64,000 nt of DNA from positions 184,636,001-184,700,000 of the forward strand of contig NC_042998.1 in the NCBI RefSeq assembly GCF_006345805.1. Reading direction: 5' to 3'. Shown piece by piece: positions 41,065-54,107 of this stretch (positions are counted from its first letter, which is position 1; every line of letters begins with the position of its first letter). The notes below the pieces were generated by a model, which had not been told where the DNA came from, did no database searches, and saw nothing but the letters and a program-made list of their open reading frames with translations. Source of the DNA: Octopus sinensis (taxonomy: Eukaryota). A program made the position numbers and the translations under genes.

Positions 41065-41445
41065 AGACAGGTGATCCATATATATAAGACAGGTGATATA
41101 TATATATAAGACAAGAGGTAACGAGAGGTAAAATGGAGCATAGCAGCTGGGACCATCCGGAGTAATTTTTATGTGTATGGAACAAAGGGCTACATTATGC
41201 AAATCTTTTTTTTCTAAGACGGAAAGGTTTACATTGATGAAGACTTCGCTGCTGTTTTATAGAAACTCGAAAATGAATCTTGTAAGGCGTCCGATAGTTC
41301 TAACAAAATACCAACAACAAATTCTAAGGAGCTTTACTTATACGCTGCACCCGCACATACACGCATATATACATACACACAGACACGTCCATACACATTC
41401 ACAGAAATCCACACATACACACACACGCACACACACAAACACACA

Positions 41446-41489
<44 letters not shown>

Positions 41490-42803
41490 CACATTTTGAA
41501 GTGGACACAGAAGTTATGCTCTAGCAGCTGCTTTAGACTATAAATTCCTCTAGATGTGTCTGTGTGTGCATGTGTGTCTTGATCAAAAGGTATACATACA
41601 TATATACATACACACACACATATGTGTGTGTGTATGTGTGTTACAGAATAACAATAAATTCGCTAATTAAAATAAATTCTGTGAGTTTTATAAAATTTTC
41701 TGCCTTCCAAAGTAAAACGGATTGTTCTTAACCACATTCTCAGTTTTTTTCGTAAAATATGGAGATATTTAGCCAGTTTAAAATGTCTCTATGACTCTTG
41801 GACATTTTCGTCACCGTTGGCTCGATTTACATGGAACTAAAGAACCAACTAGTGAAGCTCGTACGAGACAACTTGATCCGCTATTAAAAGCAGACAACAC
41901 TTGATTGTCTTCAAAGAAGGAAGACCACATTCAAAAATTATATTGGTACAAGGTCGCACACTTGAGAGAAGTGTTTTGTTGAATCAATAAATTCAGTAGT
42001 TGAATGGGCTTAAATTTATCAGTCGGATAAATAAAAGTTGATCTCAGCAGGTTTTGAACATAGTACGTTAAGAGCTGTAACTAAATACCACAATACCATT
42101 TTACCAGCTGCTCGAACAATTCTAGCAATATCTCAGTAACAAAGAACTGGATAGTCAACTCAAATGTAGTAGGTTCAAATACATTTCAAATTTTACGTTA
42201 TGCTTCCTATTGTAACACCTTGTTTCTCGAGTATTAGTACTTAATCTTCTTGGATAGAGTCGCAAATTTTCCAAAAGAATAGTTATCCATTTAACGCATT
42301 GAATAAAGAACCAAGTATACACAGGATTTCGGGGCCGTTCAAGAATTTGAACCTGGAGATCTCCATTTCCAGTGACTTCGAGGGCCACCTCCCACTGGTG
42401 TCGGGCGTCAACGAAGAGCCCTCGACTACAACAAGATGACCAAAGTTTTTTTTCCAAGGTCTAGGGTCTCCCGCCCCTAAGTCCTAGACCATCACCTAAT
42501 CACCCTTACCCGTCTTGTTGCTTAAGAAGAAGAAGAACAACAACAACAATAGGATTTCGTGGGTGGGATGGGGGTGGAATTATATGCTTGGAATTCTGCT
42601 ACCGATTCACCTGTAGAAAAACTGAATCTTGTAGAAATAAAGTATTTTATCAAGAGAATATATGAAGGCACGATCACTATTTCACTTTTACGCATTTAGA
42701 CGAAATGAAAGTATGAGAGAAGCTGACAAAGTTCACACACACACACAGACACAGACACAGACACACACACACATACACACACACTCTCTCTCTCACACAC
42801 ACA

Positions 42804-42844
<41 letters not shown>

Positions 42845-42981
42845 ACGTTTATGCATTGAAATAAGTCGGAAATAATAGCAATTCTACTGGGAACAAGACA
42901 CGATCGCTCCATCTATACTCACGAAGATTTTTTAAATGAATTATTTTCAGAACTGGAGAAATAAGCAGAGAGAGAGAGAGG

Positions 42982-43079
<98 letters not shown>

Positions 43080-43279
43080 AACACACATGTATATATATTT
43101 TTAGTGCCATAAGCTGAGCAAAGCTCTATTTCCCCCTCCCCTTTCTTCTGAACGGTATATTTACATATACATATATGTATTCAGCAAGGGAATAACAGAA
43201 TTTCGTACAACTAAATCCACAGAATTAGACTTCGGTGATATGATAGTACTGATGATTAGTGGTGGTGGTTACTACTAAT

Positions 43280-44080
43280 TTAAGGCACAATGCCACCAAT
43301 TTTAAAGGGAGCGAGTGTAGCCGATGGCATCGACGTCAGTGTCTGATTGGTATTATATTTTATCAAGGGACGAAAGGTTGTATTGACCTTGAGAAAATTT
43401 GAACTCAGAACGTTAAGAGTTGAAAGAAATACTGCATACCATTTATTCCAACGTTTTAACAATTCTGCTCGGTCACCGCCCTAACAACAATAACAATATA
43501 TAATAATAGTGGTTTTACATTTTGGCACAAGGTCAACAAATTCGGGGGATGGGATAAGTCGATTACATTGACCTTAGTGTTCAACTGGTACTTATGAAAG
43601 GAAGAAGGGTAAAGTCGACCTCAACAGAATTTTAACTCAAAACGAACAAACAGACAAAATACCTATTTCTTTACTACCCACAAGGGGCTAAACACAGAGA
43701 GGACAAACAAGGACGGACAAAAGGATTAAGTCGATTAGATCGACCCCAGTGCACAACTGGTACTTAATTTATCGACCCCGAAAGGATGAAAGGCAAAGTC
43801 GACCTCGGCGGAATTTGAACTCAGGACGTAGCGGCAGACGAAATGCCTATTTCTCTACTACCCACAAAGGGCTAAACATAGAGAGGACAAACAAGGACAG
43901 ACACACCGATTAAGTCGGTTATATCGACCCCAGTGCGTAAATGGTACTTATTTAATTGACCCCGAACGGATGAAAGGCAAAGTCGACCTCGGCGGAATTT
44001 AAACTCAGAACGTAACGGCAGACGAAATATCGCTAAGCATTTCGCCCGGCGTGCTAACGATTCTGCCAGCTCACCTCCTT
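43280..44080 (-). mobile_element. SINE family 1 cluster: one decayed copy plus a tandem trimer
   Basis: Units at ~43280-43482, 43515-43660, 43664-43845 and 43847-44080. Confidence 0.85.
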
Positions 44081-44104
44081 AATAATCGTTATTATAATCC
44101 TTTC

Positions 44105-44472
44105 TAAGGCGGCGAGCTGGCAGAAATGTTAACACGCCAGGCGAAATGCTTAGCAGTATTTCGTCTGTCTTTACGTTCTGAGTTCAAATTCCGCCGTGGT
44201 CGACTTTGCCTTTCATCTTTTCGGGGTCGAGAAATTAAGTGCCAGTTGCGTACTGGGGACCGATCTAATCGACTGGCCCCCTCTCCATTCCACTCAGCTG
44301 GCAAAAAAGCGTTGTAGCTGTAGATCAATGGGCCAGATATATAACATTCTGTGTCATGCTCAATCTCCCTGAGAACTCCACATGTCTCTGTGGAGTGCTC
44401 ACCCACTTGCACATTAATTTATCGAGCAAGTATCTCAAAAATAACGCTCACCGTCGTAACTGACGGTGAGCT
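44105..44472 (+). mobile_element. Chimeric SINE: family 1 head joined to family 3 tail
   Basis: 44105-44283 is family 1; 44283-44472 is reverse-complement homologous to 53296-53500. Confidence 0.75.
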
Positions 44473-45153
44473 ATATATATATATATATATGCGTACATGC
44501 GTTTGGCGTGTTTGTATGTGTGTGTGCATGTATTCGTATGTGCGTATGCGTGCGAAAGCCCTCAATCTTTTCGTGAATAGTGCATGGGAAATAATTTTCT
44601 GTGAATAATGTGCCAAAGTATTTCTGATAATTATACAGCCACTTGAAATGAATGGGCGGAGACAGTAATGACACTGTGATATTCGCCATTCCATCTCTAT
44701 GAGTTCAGACACACCACTTGAAATGGCGACATATGATATTTCAAATAATTTGCTGCTTAATAAAATACTTGGGCAGTAATGCAAACAACGGTTAAATGCT
44801 TAAATAAATCCACCCCACCAATAAGAAAATCACAATCAAATCACTACTAAATAGGGTTCGTTGATAAACACGAAACTGTGAAACACTGACAAACGTTTCA
44901 CACCTATTTTATAAATGCAATGCAACAACGTGCGACTGTGGGGTAGTCTGAGTGGTTGCTCGATCTCTCATATACATATATATTTTATATGTTTTTTTCT
45001 TCCGTCTTTCTTTTCTATTGAACTTTCCTCTGCTCGAAAGGTAAAACCACCTTTGTTTCCTTCCCTGAGCGCCTGCTAATACTTTACATGTACCACGTCC
45101 TCGCGTTGTTGATTTTATTGTATTTGTTCTTCGTTTTTTGGGTGGGAGGGATT

Positions 45154-45224
<71 letters not shown>

Positions 45225-45227
<3 letters not shown>

Positions 45228-45690
45228 TGTCAAGTCACTTGTGAGGTTTCTCCCGAGTGGTACTGGTAACATGGAATTCAGTACAACCTGTTGCATGGTC
45301 GGGTCGTCGGCGACTAAACCGACACCTCCACTAGGCTTGCTTGGTGAGGAGGGGGTTGCTACAAACTCAGTTGAACTAAAAACAAGACCTGTCAAAAGGA
45401 CAGTTGAACTTAATGTAGGTTCAATGACCATCAAGCAATAGCAAGGGCCCACAGAAATTTCGGATGGTGCCCGGCTTGCTGGAACTCCACTGGAAGTAAG
45501 GTACCCTTAAACTTTTGTAAAAGCATGTCTCTAGGAGAAGGCCACTCTGGTATAAAATCAGATATGCAGGGAATTGCATCGAACATTTTGGAGCTTTTGC
45601 TTGTGCTTGGGATCATGGCGCTCCCATATTTTTGAGCCTGCAACCCACACTGGCAAACTGGCACTAGTATTTTGCATGGGAAGTGGTCAA
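45225..45690 (+). mobile_element. Probable RTE-clade LINE 5' UTR fragment
   Basis: GC-richer island between (TG)n and (CA)n; ctaggagaaggccactctgg resembles an RTE 5' UTR motif as I recall it; no ORF support. Confidence 0.35.
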
Positions 45691-45761
<71 letters not shown>

Positions 45762-45794
45762 GAGAAATAAGGATAAGTATAAAAGTTAATATAT

Positions 45795-45932
45795 ATCTGT
45801 ATTGCCCACAAGGGTCTAAACATAGAGGGGACAAACAAGGACAGACAAAGGGATGAAGTCAATTAAATCGATCCCAGTGCGTAACTGGTACTTTATTTAT
45901 CGGCACCGAAAGGATGAAAGGCAAAGTCGACT
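45795..45932 (-). mobile_element. SINE family 1, 3' half
   Basis: Family consensus. Confidence 0.85.
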
Positions 45933-47059
45933 TATAAGCATAAAAGTTAATATAGTTCTTACGCAGGTTTCGCCATTATGGTTGTTTAGAGCCCAGGAGT
46001 AAGTAGTTCCAAGTGCATTTAAATACTCAACCACAACAGATCGTCAGGGAATAGTTTATTGCATTAAGTAATTTAAGACGAATCTAGACCAGTATTTCTC
46101 AGCCATTTTGACACTGGCACACATGACATACCGTTTTTCACAGTTCTTACTTGAAGTTAGATCCGTTTTACTTTGTGTTACCAGTTTACACTTAGATGAC
46201 ATTTGGGAGTTAAACATCGTATTTTGAATTCATATTGAAACACAAGTTCTCAGATGTCCAGCGAAGGTTAGGATTACTTACAAAATATCATAGGAGATTG
46301 TTAGCAAACTAAGGTTTTTAACTCTGAATTAAAATTCACGGACTATAATAAGATCATCGATACATTTATTTTAAATAATAGTGCCCAGGCACAAAGAGTC
46401 TTTTTGTAGACGAGGGTTTGCGTCAATTGAATATTACTGAATATTATTTATTTTGTTGATCATTGTAGAAAGGTACGTAGGACGTGAACTCAAAATGCAG
46501 AGGAACAGAATTAAATACCAAGAAGCTTTTAATGTCACTGAACCGGTTTTAACGTCTTACTGCTAAGGCAATTACATATAATTTTAATTATTTACATTGA
46601 TTGGTACAGGGATTCAGGTTTATGGCAAAACAGAAATGGAATTGTGTAACGAGGGATATAAATGAAGCGGTTCTAACCGAGAATTGAAACTGTCGCCAGC
46701 TTAATGGAGGCGCCTACAACTACTGCTACAACAACAACTTTAACGTCAATGGTGACAACAACGATGTTTTAATAAGTTACTAACTCCACAAGACGCCAGA
46801 CGAAATGACTCCTTGCGAAAGAAAAAAAAGTAAAGCGACCTTCACTGTAGTATATTAGTATAGCAATGTGGGTTTTACTTCCTGGTGTGTTGGAGCCGCT
46901 TGAGGCAGTTGAAAGTCTTTGTGGTTGACGGACCCGAACGTTTCCTATGGTCCACTTGAAGAGGATTTCGGCAGCGGCAACGTCATTTTCAGCAACAGTA
47001 ACGAATTTGCAGAATCGTTAAAGCGTCAGATAAGATGATTCCTTGTATTTATTCTAACA

Positions 47060-47450
47060 CTAGCAGTATCGCCCGGCGTTGCTCGGGTTTGTTTCGACCC
47101 TTTAGAATTGGAATTTTTGAAAAGTAGAAATGTTGCATTATGAAGCTTGTTATTCTCTTTAAGTGAACATTTTCTGGTTGAAATATACCGAAAAATGGAG
47201 ACACAGCAGTAAAAAAATCGTAAAAAATAGGGATTTTCAAAGAAAAAAGGCACCTTTTTTATATAAATAATTTTTGGTGTTAACATGGTCCAATTTGAAT
47301 TTTATCTTCTACGGAAGGAAGAGCAAGCCTTCTCTTCTATCATACTCTCAATTTTGGTCAACTTGCGCCGCAGGGTCTCGGAGGAGATAGTGTTAGTTGA
47401 AGGCTACCAAACCTACCATACACAGACAACTTCAGCTTTATATATAGAGA
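47060..47450 (-). mobile_element. Non-autonomous Helitron
   Basis: Minus strand starts A|TC(tctatatataaagc) and ends with the GC hairpin cccgagcaacgccggg, then CTAG|T; no TSD. Confidence 0.8.
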
Positions 47451-47733
47451 TTTTGGGCGTGCTTATTTCAAATCTTACCTTTTGCTCTTTTGGCGTCATA
47501 AAAAAGTACCTATTCACTATGGTGGATTGGCAGAAGTGGAGCATTCTATGATCAGATCCCTGTTGTTCCCTAATTTCTTTTGTTCTGAGATCGAATTCTA
47601 CTGTAGCTTATTTGGGTGGTAGACTCAGTAGGTCGTTCGGCTTAACATTACCACATAACCACCCAGTACATTCAGTGCCTTCTGCGGACTAATCCTTTTT
47701 TCTCGGCAATATCTTTCTCCTCATCATCTACAG

Positions 47734-47992
47734 CAGTGGTTCTCAACCATTTTTTTCCCTATGGACCCCTTTGATTCCTATTCTACTCACGGATTGGAAC
47801 CCTTATAGCCATTCGATGTCTAAAAACTCCTATTATATTTTTAATGATTAAATATTATTAAGAATTGTATTAAAATATGTTTGAATATTTTGTGTATTTG
47901 AGAAATATAATCAGTTTAGTGCACATGAATTTTAACAACAAAATATCATATGGATCCCTAAGGGTCACATGGACCCCGCTTGAGAAACACTG
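47734..47992. mobile_element. hAT (Charlie-like) MITE
   Basis: TIRs CAGTGGTTCTCAA / TTGAGAAACACTG; 8-bp TSD ATCTACAG / ATCTACGG. Confidence 0.85.
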
Positions 47993-48104
47993 ATCTACGG
48001 CAATATATAAGAGAGTCATGTGAATGAATTATATGCGGCTAAATTCATTGTAAACTATTTTACATTATTCTGAAGTATGCCTAGGTGAATTTATCTTTTA
48101 TCTT

Positions 48105-48482
48105 CTACTTGCTTCTGTCATGGGAGTTCGGCTATGGTGACACACCACCTGGAGGGGTTTAGTCGAACAAATTGGCATCAGTGCTTATTTTTACGCCTGA
48201 TACTTAATCTAGCGATCTCTTTTACCGAATCAACAACTTACGAGGGCGTAAACATACAAACACCGGTTATTAAGCGGCAGTGGTGGTGGGCAAATACAAC
48301 ACACACACACACACAGAAAGTTACACGATTGGCAGCTTTCAGTTTCCGTCTAGCAAATCCATCTACAATGCTTTGTTCCGCCCGGTGTTATAAAACAAGA
48401 GGCTTGCCCAAGGTGTCGCATAATGAGACTGAATCTAAGATCGCATGGTTGGGAAAGAAGCTCCTTAACTGCACAGCCTGCG
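48105..48482 (-). mobile_element. SINE family 2, old copy
   Basis: Degenerate homology to 34963-35422. Confidence 0.7.
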
Positions 48483-48981
48483 TCAGTTATGGAAATATTC
48501 GACATTTTTCGTTCCTTTCTTCACTTGAGTAAAATACATTCTGGCCAAAACGTGTAGTGAGAAAAATAAAATGAAAATAAAATGTAAAAACAAAGCCCAA
48601 ACAAACAAAAAAAAACGACAACAAAAGCCACACCAAAACTTTCAGTTGATTTGACATGTACTATACATTTCAAACCATTGAAACCATTCCCACTGGGAAA
48701 ATTTCCAGAGGCATTATGTCTACAAATTTGGGTGGCCATTTTGCCATTCTATACATTTTTAAAATCACGAGATCAGGAATTTGAATTTATCTCTACGTCT
48801 TTCGATATGTTGTGCACTATGTTAATTTGCTTAATTTATTAGTAATACACACACACACATATGTAATACTACGCATCTATTTACATGCTTGTTTGTGGTT
48901 GTTTATTTGTTTGGTTGATAAATAGTGCTTCTTTATCATTATATTTATTTGTGAAAATATATGCATGTGTATATGTATATG

Positions 48982-49212
48982 TTTCTTTATTACCCACAAG
49001 TGGCTACACACAGAGGGGACAACCAAGAACAGACAAACGAATTAAGTCGATTACATCGACCCCAGTGCGTAACTGGTATTTAAGTTATCGACCCCGAAAG
49101 GATGAAAGGCAAAGTCGACCTCGGCGGAATTTGAACTCAGAACGTAGCGGCAGACGAAATACTGCTACGCATTTCGCCCAGCGTGCTAACATTTCTGCCA
49201 GCTCGCCGCCTT
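48982..49212 (-). mobile_element. SINE family 1
   Basis: Family consensus; flanking direct repeat catgtgtatatgtata. Confidence 0.9.
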
Positions 49213-49344
49213 TTACATGTGTATATGTATAAATAGATGCAAACATGTGTTGTGCGTAAATTTCTATGTATGCTTGTTCTGATACAGGCACATACGTACA
49301 CATATAAATATGCTTATTTATGAATTTATAAATAATATATATAT

Positions 49345-49511
49345 TCTTTTATTTGTTTCAATTATTTCACTGCGGCCATGCTAGAGCACCGCCTTTAGTC
49401 GAAGAAATCAACCCCAGTACCTATTCTATCGACTTCTTTGCCGAACCGCTAGGTTACGGAGTACGCAAAGCAACATCGGTTGCCAAGCGATGGTTGGTGA
49501 CAAACACAGAC

Positions 49512-49543
<32 letters not shown>

Positions 49544-49748
49544 CGACGGGATTCTTTCAGTTTCCGTCTGCCAAGTCCACTCACAAGGCTTTGGTCCGCC
49601 CGAGGCTATAGTAGAAGACACTTGCACAAACCACGCAGTAAGTCTGAACCCAGAGCCATATGGTTGGTAAGCAAGCTTCTTACCACACGGTCACACCTAC
49701 GCCTATATATATATGTGTGTGTGTGTGTGTGTCTGTGTGTGTGTGTGC

Positions 49749-49790
<42 letters not shown>

Positions 49791-50012
49791 TATATATATA
49801 TACGACGGGATTCTTTCAGTTTCCGTCTGCCAAGTCCACTCACAAGGCTTTGGTCCGCCCGAGGCTATAGTAGAAGACACTTGCACAAACCACGCAGTAA
49901 GTCTGAACCCAGAGCCATATGGTTGGTAAGCAAGCTTCTTACCACACGGTCACACCTACGCCTATATATATATGTGTGTGTGTGTGTCTGTGTGTGTGTG
50001 TGCGAATATATA

Positions 50013-50045
<33 letters not shown>
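49345..50045 (-). mobile_element. SINE family 2 with a tandemly duplicated head region
   Basis: 49541-49704 is repeated identically at 49800-49963. Confidence 0.85.
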
Positions 50046-50050
<5 letters not shown>

Positions 50051-50579
50051 ATAATGTATTTTAAAGCACTTTTAAGAATAATAACAAAGTATGTACTCTG
50101 ATACCGTTACTCTATACTGAGAGCGAAGTCGAATTCATCGTGACGTCTCAGATAACTTGATCTTTACTATACGTGCAAATATACACAGACTCTCATGCAT
50201 ACACATACACACGCATGTATGCACACGCACACGCACACGCACAAAGGTTGGTTTTGAATATGAAAGTAAACCGGAAATAGTAACAAACGCTTCTGAACTC
50301 TAAATTTTTAATTTATACTTCGCATCTATGAAGATATGAATACAGTGAAAGGCGCACAAACAAAACCTCTCTTCCATCACTTTAAGGTATAAGTGGGGAG
50401 GCAGGTGAAATAAGAAAAAGAACATTCTTAAATGGTAAGGAGAACTACAGAGAAGTATGTAAATGACAATAAGGAATTAAAGGGAAGATAGATTGGTTTA
50501 ATATATAGTGGTAGTGAAGGTAGATGAGAGGGAAGATTTATGAAGGTTAGGGCAAAAGCGGTGTGGGGTTGTTGTTATT

Positions 50580-52400
50580 AATATTTTGAGAATACATTTT
50601 GTGACCGATGTTTGCAGGTAAAATTTATACTGTTGTGTCCATTAAGACATGAATTGCAAGATAGTCAAGACCTCAGTTATGCAGAAATCACACTTGTTAT
50701 GGCTTGCTTGACGTAAGTGACTATGGACCACTTGAGAGTGTAAGAAGTTGAATCAAATTTTAGTTTATTGATAAGCTGAGATAACGATGTACTTCTCGAT
50801 TTTGTTTGGGATTTGAAAATGGAGTAGTGGTTGCTTACTCTAGCTTTGAAAGTGGTGCTACATGAGCCGATATATATGTAGTTATAGTTGGCAGTTGATA
50901 CCGTACAATTATAAACGATGTTTTTTGTGAGACAGCAGTTATCTAAAGGTCAGGAAGTTGGGCGTCTACAACTAGATAGGTTTGTAGGAGGTGTTCCGGA
51001 TGAACTTGTGAACGGATTGTTATTTAGTCAGGAACCGGTGTTAGATTCGTCGTTATTGCTGGCGTTAAGATTAATATTTGTTAAGGAGTTGAGTGTGATA
51101 TTGTAGGGTTCTATGTTATGATATCTGGTATATTCTGTGTCGCTCTCTATTTATACAAGAGGTATAGTTGGGCGTTGTGGTAAATTTAAGGATCGGGTGT
51201 TAGTAGTGGAATTATAGTTGGAGTTATAGTTTTTGGTTTATACATATGGATCTGGCTGTTATGTTGAGTTAATTTATTAGATTGGAGGTTTTCTGGTTGT
51301 GGACTTCTGAGTTTCTTGTTAAGATGTCGGTTAACTCCGGCAATGTTGGTGGTGGTGGAGTAGGACAATTTTATAGATTAAATATTTTAAATATTTTTCT
51401 AAAGGGGCTAGATTTAGGGATAAGTTTTTCGAGTAGGACGAGGAAGAGTCTAGGTACTCGAGTCTGAATATTAAGGGTGAAGGAGAGGGGTGGAATCAGA
51501 TAATGTCCCGGGTTCTAGTTGTTTAATCCGATTGGGGAGGTGGGTAAATGGATGAGGATAGTGTTTACTATACGGCGGTGCGGAACTGGTTTCAGTTCCG
51601 GGTTTAGTAGAGAGAGGAGTATTCCACATGGGGATGTATTCGATTGAGCTTTTATATCCGGCACTTTGTAGGGCACAATTATGATATTCAGCATATTGAT
51701 CGAATAAATCCTTATTAGTAGATTGTGAGGAAATCCCGTAGGAAACTCTTTACACAATATATTATAGGATGGAGGGAGTGGTGGAGAAGACGTTCACGTA
51801 GTGGAGGTTTTTCCCAGGTTTGGGTAGAAGGTTTGGTTTTGCAAGCTCAAGGTTGCGTCTAAGAAATTAGCAGTTTCTTAATCTTTTTCAGGTCTGTTCG
51901 ATTTGTCGATTGCTAGAATTTTGGATTTCGAATACAGCGTCGTCTCTGAATAAACCACCGGAAATGTTAGGGACTTGTTCATGGAGACCATTAACTATGT
52001 AATCTCTTACAAGATCCGTAACTTGGGCGGAGTCACTTCCCCCATGGAACATCGAAAAAGTTGGGTGTACCCTTGTGGGTCCAGGATTTCCCATCGAACA
52101 GTATGATATTTCGGCAGGCTGCTAATATTATATCAATATCGTCGCGAGATAGGTTGGAATGGGTTTTGTCGAAGATTAGGGCCTTTTTTAGGAGAACAGG
52201 AGATATGCTGGTGTAGTATTGATCAATGTCGATTTGTATAAATTTAAAGGTGTGCTTAGAGCATAAAGAATTGAACCATTGGATAGCTTTTGTAGCTTTG
52301 GTCCAGAGTTTTAATGTAGATGTGGTGGACAGTTGGGGTATTATCCGATCGAGCATAATTTCGCTGATCTTACCTATATCGGAGCTGGAGGGGCATATGG
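50580..52400 (-). pseudogene. Penelope-like retroelement, probably Naiad-type: RT plus C-terminal GIY-YIG, frameshifted
   Basis: PSSSDIGKISEIMLDRI; IDIDQYYTSIS; FDVP.GSDSAQVTDLV; GLFRDD; NFLDATL; SSCRRPTS*PLDNCCLTKNIVYNCTV; YIGSCSTTFKARVSNH; LKWSIV. Confidence 0.85.
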
Positions 52401-52482
52401 GTGCAATAAAGAAACTAAGTAGTGATAGGAGACAAACTCAAAGACGTACGAGCGCACGCACGCACGCACACACACACACACA

Positions 52483-52514
<32 letters not shown>

Positions 52515-52521
52515 GCACAAA

Positions 52522-52655
52522 CAGTTTCCGTCTACCATGTTCATTCACAAAACATCGGTCGGCCCGGGTTGTAGTAGGGAATGCTGCTCAGTGGGGATGA
52601 ACAGGAAACCACGTGGATTCAGAAACAGCTTCTTAACGACACAACCATGCTTGGA
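52522..52655 (-). mobile_element. SINE family 2 head, decayed
   Basis: cagtttccgtctacca...ggtcggcccggg. Confidence 0.7.
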
Positions 52656-53013
52656 CCTTAAGAAAGATGTTGAATTTTTTTTTTCATAGTTGTTACATGT
52701 TTGTGTTATTCTGCAGAAGATTTCATAATTCTGCAGAAGATTTTATAATATAATTTTATATTCAGTCACAAAACTACTGTAAAGAAACACCCGCTTCTGT
52801 ATAATTGCAGATATTTTACGTTGCAATTTACATTGCACATTTCGTGCAAGCTATCAGAATACAAACTGAAATACCACTTATTTACTTTGTAACTGAATAT
52901 TACTGAAAGTGAAAACAGATATTTTTGTCCCAGTTGCTTTTTCACATATTCACATATCACAATATTAAAGTTTATTTCCCCCACAAAATGTAATATATAC
53001 ACTCATACGCACG

Positions 53014-53047
<34 letters not shown>

Positions 53048-53139
53048 TGTATGTATGTATGTATGTATGTATGTATGTATGTATGTATGTATGTATCTAT
53101 CTAAATATATGTATATATATATATATACACATATATATA

Positions 53140-53233
<94 letters not shown>

Positions 53234-53261
53234 TATATATATACATATACATATATATATA

Positions 53262-53295
<34 letters not shown>

Positions 53296-53298
<3 letters not shown>

Positions 53299-53597
53299 GC
53301 ACTCCGTCGGTTACGACGACGAGGGTCCCAGCTGATACGATTAACGGAACAGCTTGTTCGTGAAATTAACGTGCAAGTGGCTGAGCATTCCACAGACACG
53401 TGTACCCTTAACGTAGTTCGCAAAGAGATTCAGCGTAACAAGGCTGGCCCTTATTTGAAATACAGGTACTGTTCATTTTCTACAGCTGAGTGGACTGGAG
53501 CAACGTGAAATAAAGTGCCTCGCTCAAGGACATAATGCGTCGCCGGGAATCGAACTCACAACCTTACGATCATGAGCCGAATGCCCTAACCACTAAG
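53296..53597 (-). mobile_element. tRNA-derived SINE family 3
   Basis: Head (reverse complement) cttagtggttagggcattcggctcatgatcgtaaggttgtgagttcgattcccgg has A/B boxes; a tail homolog lies at 44283-44472. Confidence 0.85.
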
Positions 53598-54107
53598 TCA
53601 CTCTCTCTCTATATAGAACACCATGTGTTTTGCCAGATGTGCACGCCTTGTTCTCTTATAAAATATCTTCGCACTGGCAGAAAGAAACTGATTAACTACT
53701 CTAATTTCAATACTGTGTTGGGGTTTTATCAGCACCTGGTTACCCTCTGTAACTGTCTATTGTGACATTGTTTATAAGCACTCAAGTACTGGAACTGATT
53801 GACCAGTTTGCACATGTAATGCATTTTTGGCACTTAGTTCGAATAGGAAATAACCGGTGCGCTAACAATACTTTGTTTCAATGCTGTTCTGTGCTACAAA
53901 ATTGATCTACAGATTTTTAGTCAACGCTCTATGTATGGATAGAGTTAAACATATTGTATTCATATGCAATAAAATTGCGGATGGAAAATGAGGGATCACT
54001 TAGTAGGTATTTCATCAGCAACGAAGTACCCATTTTTAACTGTGCACGCGCGTACACGCAGAGACACATTAACATACTTACACGCATATAGGCGGTATAA
54101 GGTGTCA

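Noticed and set aside
44884-44935. Minus-strand GAAACGTTTGTC motif with an upstream stem; similar traces at ~50277-50330 and ~60893-60938
   Set aside because: The core or stem I is too degenerate to call a ribozyme by eye
46770-47017. Stop-free minus-strand frame of ~80 codons in a GC-richer patch
   Set aside because: No recognisable homology, start codon or convincing splice sites
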